Shown: positions 28,168 to 38,303, numbered from the stretch's first letter. The stretch: DNA of 56,740 nucleotides from Nitrososphaerales archaeon (GCA_046759645.1 JBHICO010000003.1:1-56740), one strand, 5' to 3'. Notes: generated by a model from the letters alone, not told the origin. Translations and numbers: made by a program.

Positions 28168-29229
28168 GTGGATGCTCCAAGCAAAGTAGAGCTGGTATTA
28201 AAGGAGCCAACCGAAGAAGTTGTGACAAGAGATGAATTGACTAATTTGTTCAGTACTAATGCAGGCCCCCGCCACTATATTGGTTTGGAAGTTTCTGGAT
28301 TATTGCATCTTGGCAGTTTGATAATGACGGGGTATAAGATCAACGATTTCATAAAAGCGGGTGTCAATTGTACTATCTTCCTGGCTGACTGGCACACTTA
28401 CATCAATGATAAGCTAGGAGGAAACTGGGATATGATCAAGGTGGTAGCCAATTATTATAGTGATGCTTTCAAATTTTTCTGTCCAGGAGTGAATGTAATC
28501 CTAGGTTCTGATTTATACGATAAAACAAGTGATTACTGGGCTAGCATGGTAAGGTTTAGCAAGCAAATAACACTAGCTAGAACTATGCGTGCTTTAACAA
28601 TTATGGGCAGGACTGAAAAGGACAAATTAGATTTCTCTCAGCTGCTTTACCCCTCTTTGCAGGCAACTGACATATGGGCCTTGGATCTAGATATTGTTCA
28701 CGCTGGCATAGATCAGAGGAAGGTGCATATGCTCGTTAGAGAAGTATTTCCAAAGTTGGGGTGGAAGGTGCCCGTTGCTGTGCATCATCACCTCTTGCCT
28801 GGGCTTGCAGAGCCTCTAAAAATCGTGCCGGAAGGGGACAATGACATGGATGCCAATGTATCTGGTAAAATGAGCAAATCAAAACCATGGACTAGTGTGT
28901 TTATTCATGATGATGAGAAGTCTATAGCCCAAAAGATGAGTAAGGCGTTTTGTCCAGAGGGTATAGTTAAAAATAATCCCGTTCTTGAAATTGCGCGATA
29001 TATAATATTTCATGAGCATCAAGAGTTTACCGTCGAGAGGACTGAGAAGTATGGTGGAACAGTAGCATTTGCTAGTTACGGAGAAGTAGAAGAAGCATTT
29101 GTGAACAAAAAACTACATCCGCAGGATTTGAAGTTATCAGTTGCTAAATATTTGAATAAAATAATTGAGCCTGTTAGAGCACATTTCAAAGGCAAAGAAG
29201 ATATTTTAGAAGCAATAGCCAATGCATAA
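28168..29229 (+). CDS. tyrS: tyrosyl-tRNA synthetase (archaeal type)
   Basis: HIGH-type motif GLLHLGS and KMSKS (GKMSKSK). The C-terminal part is colinear with M. jannaschii TyrRS (CPEGIVKNNPVLEIARY..., KLHPQDLK). GTG start. Confidence 0.92.
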   Translation: MDAPSKVELVLKEPTEEVVTRDELTNLFSTNAGPRHYIGLEVSGLLHLGSLIMTGYKINDFIKAGVNCTIFLADWHTYINDKLGGNWDMIKVVANYYSDAFKFFCPGVNVILGSDLYDKTSDYWASMVRFSKQITLARTMRALTIMGRTEKDKLDFSQLLYPSLQATDIWALDLDIVHAGIDQRKVHMLVREVFPKLGWKVPVAVHHHLLPGLAEPLKIVPEGDNDMDANVSGKMSKSKPWTSVFIHDDEKSIAQKMSKAFCPEGIVKNNPVLEIARYIIFHEHQEFTVERTEKYGGTVAFASYGEVEEAFVNKKLHPQDLKLSVAKYLNKIIEPVRAHFKGKEDILEAIANA

Positions 29230-29256
29230 AATTATAATATTAAATCTGCTTCCAGT

Positions 29257-30048
29257 TTATCCTTTTGTCGCTTCTTCCTTTACCAGAGTATATTTCGACT
29301 TGTAACCCCTAGGGTTTATCATCAAGCCTTCGTATAGGAATGTTGATGAATTTCCAATTATTATGGTGCTAAGCATCCCAAGACTGTCTGTATGTTCTAG
29401 CATATGTTCAAGATCTGTGATAATGACCTTCTGGTTGTCTCTGTACGCAGCTTTGACTATCGCTACTAGCGTGCCTGGTTCCCTATACTTGAGCAATAGA
29501 TCCCTTGTATCACGCAGCTGGTGCACACGTTTCTTGCTCTGGGGATTGTATATTACAATGACATAATCGCCCTTTGCTGCGGCATCCACTCTTTGCATAA
29601 TGATATCCCATGGAACTAGGAGATCGCTCATGCTTACTACCGCAAAGTCTGTCATTAACGGTGAACCTATTAGAGCTGCACATGAGTTCAGTGCCGAAAC
29701 GCCGGGAACTATTTCCACGTAAATCCCATTGTCTCTTTTCCATCCTTTCTCTGCAAGAACCTCGTAAACCAAGCCAGCCATCCCGTATATACCAGCATCT
29801 CCGCTTGATACTAGCGAAACCACTCCGCCACTCTCTGCCAGCTCTGTAGCTTGGTTCGCCCTCTCCACTTCCTGCGTCATTGCATATGCATGAACTTTCT
29901 TGCCCTTTATCAGATTCTCAATCAGTGCTATGTAAGTCTCGTAACCGATGATAACATCACTTTCTTCGATGCATTGTTTTGCCCGTGGAGTCATATGCTC
30001 TCCGTAACCTGGACCTATGCCCACTACGTATAACTTCCCTTTTGCCAT
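29257..30048 (-). CDS. cbiH: cobalt-precorrin-3 / precorrin-3B C17-methyltransferase
   Basis: KLYVVGIGPG..MT.RA...I.ESDVIIGY.TY, SSGDAGIYGMAG, VPGVSALNSCAALIGSPL and SMSDLLVPW are the CbiH/CobJ pattern. I set the start at the ATG at 30048 (MAKGKLYVVG). The track ORF extends to 30093. Confidence 0.85.
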   Translation of the reverse strand: MAKGKLYVVGIGPGYGEHMTPRAKQCIEESDVIIGYETYIALIENLIKGKKVHAYAMTQEVERANQATELAESGGVVSLVSSGDAGIYGMAGLVYEVLAEKGWKRDNGIYVEIVPGVSALNSCAALIGSPLMTDFAVVSMSDLLVPWDIIMQRVDAAAKGDYVIVIYNPQSKKRVHQLRDTRDLLLKYREPGTLVAIVKAAYRDNQKVIITDLEHMLEHTDSLGMLSTIIIGNSSTFLYEGLMINPRGYKSKYTLVKEEATKG

Positions 30049-30095
30049 TCTGATCATGTTGAAATAACTACCTTTAATTCTTTTGAATCTCACGC

Positions 30096-31499
30096 TTAGT
30101 TAACACTGCTAAGACCAAACTCTTTATGCAGTGCGCGCACAGCCTCGTCGCAATCCTTCTCGTTTACCACGAATGCCAGGTTAAGTTCAGAGGAGCCCTG
30201 TGCAATCATTATAACGTTTACGTTATTTTTTGCGACAGAGCCAAAAATTCTCGATGCCACGCCCTTGATTCCCCGCATCCCCGAACCGACGGCAGCAATT
30301 ATTGCTACATTGTCAGTAACATTTATGGTCTTTATCACCTTTCCTAGCAAGTTCAATTCAAGGGAGTTTACCGCTCTATCCAGATCGTTTTTGCGAACTA
30401 CCATGGATATGCTTGACTCCGAAGGGCTTTGAGAAATCATCATTATGTTGACCTTGCTCTTGCCCATAATATCGAATATTTTGGCCGCTGTGCCAGGAGC
30501 GCCGACCATACTACCACCCCTCACATCTATCAGTGCTGTATTTCTTATCATACTGACAGATTTAACTATCTGACGTGAATGAGCCTTTGAGTTTTTAACT
30601 ACAAACGTTCCATCATTTTCCGGCTTGAATGCATTCCTTATTCTTGTTGGTATCCCCTTATCTAGTATAGGCTCAAGGGCTCTGGGATGCATGTACTTGG
30701 CACCGAAGAGCGCCATCTCCATAGCTTCTGCGTACGATACTTCCCTCAGAACTTTTGCATTCTTTACTATCCTAGGGTCTGCTGTCATAAGCCCGTCTAC
30801 ATCTGTCAAAAGCCACACTTCGTCTGCATTTATGCAGGCTGCTATGATCGTAGCGGTATAATCGGAGCCGCCCCTCCCCAGTGTTGTTAGGTTTCCGTTC
30901 TGATCTGCTGCAACAAACCCAGTCACGACTGGGGTAATACCATTCTTCAACATTGGCGTAATTCTATTCGAAACTCTTAGTTTAGTAGTATCCATAAGTG
31001 GTTTTGCTTCACCATAGTTAGAATCTGTGATTATTCCCGCTTCCTTTCCAGTAAGAAAATCTGCTTTGACATTTATGTCCTTTAATGCGTAACAGAGTAT
31101 CGGCGTCACAAGTCTTTCACCGAATGACATCAAATAATCCTGCGACTTCGGTGTTACTTCCCCGAGCAAAACCATGCCCCCCAAAACATCTTCCAATTCC
31201 TTTATCATACCTCTCAATATATTTCGGAGTTCGTTCTTCGTTTTTGCTCTGGTAGTTGAATTTTTTGCTATATCCATATGGGTCTTGGCAACTCTGTCAA
31301 TAAACCTCTCTACCTCGGCCTTGCTACTCTTTCTCACACTTTCAGAAATTTTCAAGAGATCATCGGTCATCCCCTTGACCGCAGAAACTACGACTACAAC
31401 TTCATTGCCCTTTGAATGTAATTTGATAAGCTGTGCTACCTTCTTTACCCTGTCTGCATGGGCAACGGATGTGCCGCCGAACTTCATTACTATCTTCAA
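30096..31499 (-). CDS. lysC: aspartate kinase
   Basis: N-terminal MKFGGTSV and TLGRGGSDYTA. Two C-terminal ACT-like repeats. 467 aa. Confidence 0.95.
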   Translation of the reverse strand: MKIVMKFGGTSVAHADRVKKVAQLIKLHSKGNEVVVVVSAVKGMTDDLLKISESVRKSSKAEVERFIDRVAKTHMDIAKNSTTRAKTKNELRNILRGMIKELEDVLGGMVLLGEVTPKSQDYLMSFGERLVTPILCYALKDINVKADFLTGKEAGIITDSNYGEAKPLMDTTKLRVSNRITPMLKNGITPVVTGFVAADQNGNLTTLGRGGSDYTATIIAACINADEVWLLTDVDGLMTADPRIVKNAKVLREVSYAEAMEMALFGAKYMHPRALEPILDKGIPTRIRNAFKPENDGTFVVKNSKAHSRQIVKSVSMIRNTALIDVRGGSMVGAPGTAAKIFDIMGKSKVNIMMISQSPSESSISMVVRKNDLDRAVNSLELNLLGKVIKTINVTDNVAIIAAVGSGMRGIKGVASRIFGSVAKNNVNVIMIAQGSSELNLAFVVNEKDCDEAVRALHKEFGLSSVN

Positions 31500-31580
31500 T
31501 TCAGAGCAATGCTAACGCTACTTGCCTTAAATTCTTTCTTAGGATTCATGCGGAATCGTGACGCTTTTATGAGATACAAG

Positions 31581-32354
31581 CTAGCCCTCTACTCGTGGAG
31601 CTAAGAAGAAATGAATCCTACCTACATTTGAAACCCTGAACTCCAATCTTAACGGCATCTTGCTCGAATACTCACAAATCACACCGCCGGAGCTTGCACC
31701 TATGGCCTTTACTATGCTACTTAGATACTCCAAGCTGTATGTTGCCTTGCTCTCATCCTTGACATTTAGTTCCTCAAGCCCCTCACTCCCAGATTCCAGG
31801 GTAATAACGGCTTCGCCAGCATCTCCCCTTCCCAAAAAGATGGCTTTTTCCGCACTAGATTCTATGGATATATAATCTGAAACAACCTGTATATCGCTCA
31901 AGAGTTTATCGAACGCACCGATGCTCATCGCAATCTTGGCATTAAAACTTATTTTCGGTAACGGCGTTGAACCAGCTGTGCTCTCTATCAACCGCATTTT
32001 ATACTGTTTCTTATAGCCATCTGATATCTTTACCACTAACATATTTTCCTCCGTTATACTGAGTTCAACGCTATCGTTCTTGTCAGCCCTTTTGATCAAT
32101 TTGGAAAGTTCGTCTACCCTAACACCAAACTTTATCGCCCCGTCGCACTCGAACCTTTCAAAGGCGGAATTCGGCCACAGTATATCGATAAGTGCAACGT
32201 GACTCGGGTCCATACCCCTGAATGATATGCTTTCGCTGGTAGCCTCAAAGGTGGCTTCTTCAACAAGTGTTGATATAGCAGAAGTTATAGCCTTCCACTC
32301 ATCTGGACCCTTAGTTTTAGCTACTAGCGCCAAAGCAGATATGCAATGTTTCAA
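31581..32354 (-). CDS. pcn: DNA polymerase sliding clamp (PCNA)
   Basis: Two-domain PCNA pattern: LVEEATFEAT..ISFRGMDPSHVALIDI, YSLEYL and C-terminal FFLAPRVE. Confidence 0.9.
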   Translation of the reverse strand: MKHCISALALVAKTKGPDEWKAITSAISTLVEEATFEATSESISFRGMDPSHVALIDILWPNSAFERFECDGAIKFGVRVDELSKLIKRADKNDSVELSITEENMLVVKISDGYKKQYKMRLIESTAGSTPLPKISFNAKIAMSIGAFDKLLSDIQVVSDYISIESSAEKAIFLGRGDAGEAVITLESGSEGLEELNVKDESKATYSLEYLSSIVKAIGASSGGVICEYSSKMPLRLEFRVSNVGRIHFFLAPRVEG

Positions 32355-32368
32355 ATGATATTAAACCT

Positions 32369-32716
32369 TTATGCATAATGACGCCATGTATGACTACACT
32401 TAGTACATCTGTAGAATTGTGTAGTAGGTTCGTCTGCGCTTCTTGTTTGTAACATCCACCATACAGCTTCTTTGTTGTTGCATTTTGGGCAATCAACATT
32501 TGTCGTGGGTAGTGTCTTCACATCGTCAGCGTCTTCCAAAACTTTAATCGATGCATCTTGTTTAGCAGCAGATTTCTTTTTTGATTTACTTGCTGCTCTA
32601 GCAGAGTCCGCTTGAGCTGTAGAATAACCACACTTTGGGCACATCATTTTTACTCCTTTTCCCTCATCTCCCTGCTTAGCCTTCAGTCTAGAACTGCATT
32701 TGGGACAGAACTGCAT
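32369..32716 (-). CDS. tfs: transcription factor S (TFS, RpoM-like)
   Basis: N-terminal Zn ribbon CPKC..CPKC. C-terminal Zn ribbon CPKC...RSADEP...CTKC with the acidic hairpin. Confidence 0.9.
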   Translation of the reverse strand: MQFCPKCSSRLKAKQGDEGKGVKMMCPKCGYSTAQADSARAASKSKKKSAAKQDASIKVLEDADDVKTLPTTNVDCPKCNNKEAVWWMLQTRSADEPTTQFYRCTKCSHTWRHYA

Positions 32717-32723
32717 AGTATTA

Positions 32724-32996
32724 TCACTTGACTTCTTTGAATAGTTGTGTTAAACTTTCGATGTAATCGTGTGCCCTCTCGGTCGATTCTAAAAGGGCAT
32801 CCAATGGATTACCGCTCCCTGCTATGATTCTCATCTCATATTCCTTTGTCAGGGGGTGCTTTAACGTAACGCCGGCAAATTCTATCTTCTTATTTTGAAG
32901 GAGTTCGTGCTGCAGAACGTACAGTATCGAGACGTCCTCCTCCTTTACTTTTATACTCGCTTCATTATCATTAAAATCAACAACTGTGGCTTCCAT
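32724..32996 (-). CDS. rpoL: DNA-directed RNA polymerase subunit L (Rpo11)
   Basis: EEDVSILYVLQHELLQNKKIEFAGVTLKHPL matches the RpoL core (ED.T.GN.L..EL....V.FA.Y...HPL). First gene of the rpoL-tfs-pcna string (gaps of 7 and 14 nt). Confidence 0.8.
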   Translation of the reverse strand: MEATVVDFNDNEASIKVKEEDVSILYVLQHELLQNKKIEFAGVTLKHPLTKEYEMRIIAGSGNPLDALLESTERAHDYIESLTQLFKEVK

Positions 32997-33080
32997 ATCC
33001 TAGCATCACTCAAGCATGGTGATATAAATTGTGTGTTGAGAGAGAGTAAGGATATATTTGCTATCATCTTTATTGGCGGG

Positions 33081-33620
33081 ATGCCAGATGCGAGTTACTT
33101 AAGTGATGTGAAGCTTTTATGTTCAGCTAGCAGGATCAAACTCGATGAGCCATTAAAGCTCGACCTCCGTTTCAGAGTTGATGGTCGTATAAGGAAGGAA
33201 CTTAACCAACAGAATTGGACCCAGGCTTACAATAGACACGATACCACCTTCTTGATCAAATACGTAATCAGAATTCAGACTGGATCTGTAAAGAAACGGG
33301 ATATAGTTGAACCAGTGACGTTTGTAAGGAAAGCGTCATTTTATTGGAGTAGAGATCCAAAGCTACTACCGCCACCGCCAAGCAAGAAAATCTGGGCTAT
33401 GATAGTATCGGATGAATCACCTGTTTTGCCTAATAATGTTGAAGAGGCAAAAACATTGCTACTAGACGTAAGCTATTCGACGGAATTGATGGGTTCTAAT
33501 ATAGGTAAGGGTACACACCAGATAGTTGCCCGCGTAAGCACTTCTTGGGGAAAGCATTTTTACACAGAGCCAGTTGAGATAGAGGCTAGATCAAACGAAG
33601 TTGAGATCGTTTGTGTGTAA
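33081..33620 (+). CDS. hypothetical protein (about 179 aa)
   Basis: The track ORF (from 32895) overlaps rpoL antisense, so I trimmed it to the first ATG after rpoL. No motif recognised. Confidence 0.45.
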   Translation: MPDASYLSDVKLLCSASRIKLDEPLKLDLRFRVDGRIRKELNQQNWTQAYNRHDTTFLIKYVIRIQTGSVKKRDIVEPVTFVRKASFYWSRDPKLLPPPPSKKIWAMIVSDESPVLPNNVEEAKTLLLDVSYSTELMGSNIGKGTHQIVARVSTSWGKHFYTEPVEIEARSNEVEIVCV

Positions 33621-33658
33621 GCGTCAAAGATATATTCTCATTACTTTTACCTGCCGTG

Positions 33659-33934
33659 ATGGCAAAGTATGATAGCATCCGTGGTCAGGAACTGATGGAG
33701 GTTGAGGAGAAGGGGAATGAAATTACCATGATCTTCAAGGATAACAGATACCTGTTTGTCAAAGCTGTAGATGGCAACTTCCTAGTGGATCGTGCACAAT
33801 ACCCCAACATCAAAGGCAAGGAGCTGGCGCAAGTGGAAGAGAAAGAGAATGAGCTTATACTGATCTTCAATGATGGTAATTTCCGGATCAGTGTGGCGAG
33901 TGGAAAGTTAGTTACGGATGCGGTGCCGGAATAG
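33659..33934 (+). CDS. hypothetical protein made of two tandem ~40-aa repeats
   Basis: RGQELMEVEEKGNEITMIFKDNRYLFVKAVDGNFLVD is repeated as KGKELAQVEEKENELILIFNDGNFRISVASGKLVTD. The ATG at 33659 is preferred over the TTG at 33611. Confidence 0.5.
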   Translation: MAKYDSIRGQELMEVEEKGNEITMIFKDNRYLFVKAVDGNFLVDRAQYPNIKGKELAQVEEKENELILIFNDGNFRISVASGKLVTDAVPE

Positions 33935-34435
33935 CTATTGCTTACTTTTCAAATATTTGTCAAAGAGAGATAAAGCTATCTCCTGAGACCCATTTTCTAC
34001 GGAGCCTGGTCGCATTTTCCTTATCATTTGTATCGCATTCTTTGCGCCCATCCCCTTGAACTTCATCATATAAGCTGCCAGTATTGTGCCACTTCGACCC
34101 CTACCAGCTGCACAATGAACCATTGTCGATTTATTGTTTTTCAAATTTTTGTCTATGAAATCTGCTGCTCGCTCGATATTTTCTATATCTGGTGCCGCGC
34201 CATTGATGGTTGGAACGTGCAGGTAATCGATTTTATCCAACCATTCCTCTGGTAAGGTTTCTTCTGTCAATGTCAGAACAGCTTCGATTCCACTCTCCCT
34301 CACCCAGTCAAGTTCTTCTTTTGATGTGGGCATTCCGCTGCCTGCAAGCATACCGTCAATGACCCAAGAGAAGTTTGTAGGTTTCTTTGCAATTGCGCCG
34401 TAGATCTTGCGCCATAAATTTCCTGGAGCGCTCAA
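33935..34435 (-). CDS. dual-specificity/Cys-based protein phosphatase
   Basis: CX5R P-loop HCAAGRGRSGT. TTG start overlapping the upstream stop (TTGA). Confidence 0.85.
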   Translation of the reverse strand: MSAPGNLWRKIYGAIAKKPTNFSWVIDGMLAGSGMPTSKEELDWVRESGIEAVLTLTEETLPEEWLDKIDYLHVPTINGAAPDIENIERAADFIDKNLKNNKSTMVHCAAGRGRSGTILAAYMMKFKGMGAKNAIQMIRKMRPGSVENGSQEIALSLFDKYLKSKQ

Positions 34436-34956
34436 TGTTTTTCACTTATCCTAGGTGCAATTGCCATTATCAATGCATTTGTTATAAGTTCCTTTCTGCT
34501 TACCGCACCCTTCGTCATAAGATCAATTATTCCCCTCTTTTCTCCTATATCCTTAATACCATATAGAAATTCAATAGCTCTGTCAACCTCGATCCTTTCG
34601 GCCAAAATCATTTTAGTAACTTCATTCGGAAGCTGAAAGCCAGAACTCGATCCTATAGTTATTTTTTCATCCCGGTCAATAATTGCTGCGAACTGAATGT
34701 TGAGATAAGTATTGATACCTGGAATTTCCATCAATCCAGCTTCTATTCCTACACCAAGCTCAGTGTCCTTGTTTTTTTGAAGTGCGGTTCTTGCTCTTGT
34801 TATTGCACCGTTAACTGTTCCGTTCAGAGTAATGGGTTGCGGTGGAAGGTTGCTAATGCTAATGTTAATTACTAATACATTACTGTAGAAGTGATTGAAG
34901 GCTTCTTTCACAGCTTCGACTTTGATCATGTTAGATGTACCAACTGCGATCAGCAT
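34432..34956 (-). CDS. inosine/xanthosine triphosphatase (YjjX/DUF84 family)
   Basis: IAVGTSNMIKVEAVKEAF N-terminus and overall YjjX-like layout. 174 aa. Confidence 0.7.
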   Translation of the reverse strand: MLIAVGTSNMIKVEAVKEAFNHFYSNVLVINISISNLPPQPITLNGTVNGAITRARTALQKNKDTELGVGIEAGLMEIPGINTYLNIQFAAIIDRDEKITIGSSSGFQLPNEVTKMILAERIEVDRAIEFLYGIKDIGEKRGIIDLMTKGAVSRKELITNALIMAIAPRISEKH

Positions 34957-35033
34957 GCCTTACCTAGTTTGTGCATATATAAAACAAGTTTTGATCAAAA
35001 CTTATATTACAAATTGACTATATTCCTAACATA

Positions 35034-36101
35034 ATGCAGGAAGTTTTGGGCAGAGAAGCCATTCTATACAAGCGAGATGGAGATAGAGTAAAGTGTACGG
35101 CGTGTGCAAGATATTGCTCTATACCAGAGGGCAAAATAGGATTATGTGGTATAAGAGGCAACGTTAGTGGCAAGTTGCGTTTGTTGGTTTATGGCAAGGT
35201 GATTTCTGGACATATTGATCCTATAGAGAAGAAGCCAGTTATTCACTACATGCCTGGAAGCAAGATATTTTCTATTGCAACAACTGGCTGCAACTGGCTT
35301 TGTCAATACTGCCAGAACTATGACATCAGCCAGAGGAGGAAGATTGAAGGTGTTGATATGACGCCCGAAGAGGTTGTTGCGCAGGCTAAGCATTATGGTT
35401 GCGAAGGGATTGCTTACACTTACAACCAGCCATCAATATTTATTGAATTTGCAAGGGACTGTGGTGTTATAGCTAGGAAGAATGGCATATTCAACATCTT
35501 CGTCTCAAACGGCTATGATACGCCTGAAACTGTGGAGATGATGAGAGAATTTCTTGATTGCATCACTGTTGATTTCAAGGGAAGCGCTGAGCGTAAATTC
35601 ACCAGACGATACATTGGAGTACCGGACCCCCAACCAATCTTCGATACTTTGCGTGAAATAAGGGACAAGACGGGCATACATGTTGAGATCACTGACCTTA
35701 TTATCCCTCAAGTTGGCGATGATCTGGAAGCTGCTAGGAGACTTTGTAAATTTGTTTATGACGAACTGGGTGCCGATACTTCTGTACACTTTCTACGATT
35801 CCATCCTGATTACAAGATGATGAATCTACCCCAAACGCCCGTAGAAACACTGGAGAAACACTACAAAGTTGCGAAGGAGGAAGGCATAAAGTATGCTTAT
35901 GTCGGTAATGTGCCAGGACACAAGTATGAGCATACCTACTGTCCTGAATGTAGAAATATTGTTGTGGGCAGATTTGGATACAGCATTACGAAATGGGATC
36001 TGGACGACAATAACTGCTGTAATTCATGTGGCTACCCGATCCCTGTGATAGGTAAGTTAGGCAAATCGGCTATGGAAAACAGGTTTCTGTATGTTGTTTA
36101 A
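35034..36101 (+). CDS. AmmeMemoRadiSam-system radical SAM enzyme
   Basis: N-terminal Cys cluster (C..C..C), radical-SAM CX3CX2C CNWLCQYCQN and a C-terminal CPEC..CNSC cluster. Confidence 0.88.
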   Translation: MQEVLGREAILYKRDGDRVKCTACARYCSIPEGKIGLCGIRGNVSGKLRLLVYGKVISGHIDPIEKKPVIHYMPGSKIFSIATTGCNWLCQYCQNYDISQRRKIEGVDMTPEEVVAQAKHYGCEGIAYTYNQPSIFIEFARDCGVIARKNGIFNIFVSNGYDTPETVEMMREFLDCITVDFKGSAERKFTRRYIGVPDPQPIFDTLREIRDKTGIHVEITDLIIPQVGDDLEAARRLCKFVYDELGADTSVHFLRFHPDYKMMNLPQTPVETLEKHYKVAKEEGIKYAYVGNVPGHKYEHTYCPECRNIVVGRFGYSITKWDLDDNNCCNSCGYPIPVIGKLGKSAMENRFLYVV

Positions 36102-36167
36102 TGCCGAATAATAAGGGCGATGCTTTTGGTAAACCGAACGGAATTTGGAAAGGAAATTTACACAGAA

Positions 36168-36809
36168 CTATAGCAATGCTATAGCTCTTACAGGAGAACC
36201 TGTAGCTCCCTCGATCTTCAAAGGTAACACCACAAGTTTGAATCTTCTTTGCTTTATCTTTTTCAAATTGCAAAGGTTTTCAACTATTATCACTCCCCTG
36301 CTTAGAAGTACATTATGACCTACAAAGTCATCTGCATAGGGATGATCTATGTTTGCAGAATCAATGCCTACAATGCTTACTTTCTTGGCTGCAAGGTACT
36401 CTGCTGCATCTTTTGACAACCCTGGGTTGCCAGTAAGGTAATCACTTCTTTTAGCATGTTCTTCCCATCCAGTTGAGAAGATCACAGCGTTACCCTCCCC
36501 GATCCTTGCCTTTCTCTCAAAGCTCAGTATGGTATCCTTCCTGATGTATTCTTTCGCTCGCTTGTTTAATCTGAGCAAAAATGCATCTGTAACAAAGGTC
36601 TCTATCGGAATCTCGTTTATTCTCCTTCCCTTTTGAATAAAGTGGTAGGGTGCATCCATATGAGTGCCAGTATGTGTACTCATGAAGATCAGTTCCGCTT
36701 CGTATCCATGAATATCCTTCTTTGCCCATGGAATGGTTAGAGGCTTGGGATACGATTCAAAGGTTTGCATATTGTAGTGTATTGTTTGCGTTAAATCAAT
36801 AACCTTCAT
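36168..36809 (-). CDS. cyclase-family protein (kynurenine formamidase-like)
   Basis: HTGTHMDAPYHF metal-binding motif. 213 aa. Confidence 0.85.
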   Translation of the reverse strand: MKVIDLTQTIHYNMQTFESYPKPLTIPWAKKDIHGYEAELIFMSTHTGTHMDAPYHFIQKGRRINEIPIETFVTDAFLLRLNKRAKEYIRKDTILSFERKARIGEGNAVIFSTGWEEHAKRSDYLTGNPGLSKDAAEYLAAKKVSIVGIDSANIDHPYADDFVGHNVLLSRGVIIVENLCNLKKIKQRRFKLVVLPLKIEGATGSPVRAIALL

Positions 36810-36886
36810 GCAGCCATTTTATCATGACAGATATTTATCAAGTTTAGTAGAAGAAGTTAAATATTGATATTCTACTCCCTACATTC

Positions 36887-37135
36887 ATGCCAACAGCATA
36901 CGTTTTGATCAACTGTGACTTGGGTTCTGAAGAAGAGATAATCAAAGAGATACAGAAGCTGCCTGGGGTGGTAGAGGTTAGCGGAGTTTACGGTGTTTAT
37001 GATATAATAGTGAAGCTGCAGGCAGATTCGATGGACAAACTACGGGAGACTATAACCTGGAAAGTAAGAAGGATAGATAAGGTTAGATCAACATTAACTA
37101 TGATAGTTATCGAGGGTCAAGGAACGGTAAAGTAA
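36887..37135 (+). CDS. stand-alone Lrp/AsnC-type RAM domain protein
   Basis: AYVLINCDLGSEEEI..VYGVYDIIVKL...IDKVRSTLTMIV follows the beta-alpha-beta-beta-alpha-beta RAM pattern. No HTH part. Confidence 0.65.
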   Translation: MPTAYVLINCDLGSEEEIIKEIQKLPGVVEVSGVYGVYDIIVKLQADSMDKLRETITWKVRRIDKVRSTLTMIVIEGQGTVK

Positions 37136-37136
37136 G

Positions 37137-38303
37137 TCACTGTAATTTTTTGATAATTTCTATAGCTCTTTGTATCTCTCCAGCTTGATTGAAGAAGTGG
37201 GGAGATGCCCTGACGATTCTCTGTTTGGAAATATCCCTTTTTGCGAATATAATTCCATTCTCTTCGAGTTTAGTTACCACCTTGCTTGCTTCTACTTTGT
37301 TTATAGTGAATGATACTATACTGGTGTGACTTTTTTCTTCTGTGGGGCCATAGACAGTCACATGCTGCATCTTATTGAGCTCGTCTCTCAATATGTTCCC
37401 GAGTTCATTGTTATTCTTCATTATATTGTTTATACCTAAACGTGTAATATAACGGGTGGAAGCCGTCAACCCAACCATTCCCGCCCAGTTTCTGAAACCT
37501 GCCTCCATTCTATAAGGCATATCCTTGTATGCTATATCATCATCATCAAGCGCAAAGGTAGACTCTCCTCCGCTCTGCAATGGCTCAATCTTTTCGAAAG
37601 CCTTCCTGCTGCAGTAAAATATACCTATACCAAGTGGACCGCAGAGCCACTTTGAGCCTGGAAAGGCTGCAAAGTCACATCCAATCTTCTTCACATCGAC
37701 AGGGAGACAGCCAACAGATTGGGCCGCATCTAGGCAGAACATAACCTCCTTTTTTGAAGTGATTCTTCCTATCTCCTCTACCGGCAATATAGCACCAGTG
37801 TTGAATAATGCATGGCTGAACACAACAAGTCTCGTCTTCTTGTCTTTCTCTATCTCTTCCTCGAACTCCTTGATACCAAAGAGGCCATTATGGTCTATTT
37901 TCAACTTCCTTACCATAACTCCCTTCTGTTTCAACCTTAGCCAAGGGACGTAGTTTGCAGGGTGCTCATGATTGCCATCCCTTATGATTACGCCGTCTTC
38001 CTTCGTCCATCGAATGCCATTCGCAACGTAATTCAGACCTTCTGTGGTGCTTTGTGTTAGTACGACCTCATCTGTGCCGCAATTGAGCAGTTTAGAGATC
38101 TCCTTCCTAGCCTCATCTGCTCTCCTCTCTATATCATGCATAACCATGGGTGAATCTGGTCCATTGGCAGAGCACTCCACAAGAAAGTCTGTCATCGCCT
38201 TTATACTGTAGAAAGGCATTGGTGTGTATGATGCGTTGTTCATGTAAGCGAATTTCTTCATTATTGGAAAATCTTCCTTTAACATATTGATATCGATATC
38301 CAT
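37137..38303 (-). CDS. class V aminotransferase / cysteine desulfurase-like PLP enzyme
   Basis: LDAAQSVG and PGSKWLCGPLGIG (PLP-lysine region). 388 aa. Confidence 0.85.
   Translation of the reverse strand: MDIDINMLKEDFPIMKKFAYMNNASYTPMPFYSIKAMTDFLVECSANGPDSPMVMHDIERRADEARKEISKLLNCGTDEVVLTQSTTEGLNYVANGIRWTKEDGVIIRDGNHEHPANYVPWLRLKQKGVMVRKLKIDHNGLFGIKEFEEEIEKDKKTRLVVFSHALFNTGAILPVEEIGRITSKKEVMFCLDAAQSVGCLPVDVKKIGCDFAAFPGSKWLCGPLGIGIFYCSRKAFEKIEPLQSGGESTFALDDDDIAYKDMPYRMEAGFRNWAGMVGLTASTRYITRLGINNIMKNNNELGNILRDELNKMQHVTVYGPTEEKSHTSIVSFTINKVEASKVVTKLEENGIIFAKRDISKQRIVRASPHFFNQAGEIQRAIEIIKKLQ

Noticed and set aside
32895-33080. 5' extension of ORF 32895..33620
   Set aside because: It overlaps rpoL on the opposite strand, so I trimmed it to the first ATG outside rpoL.
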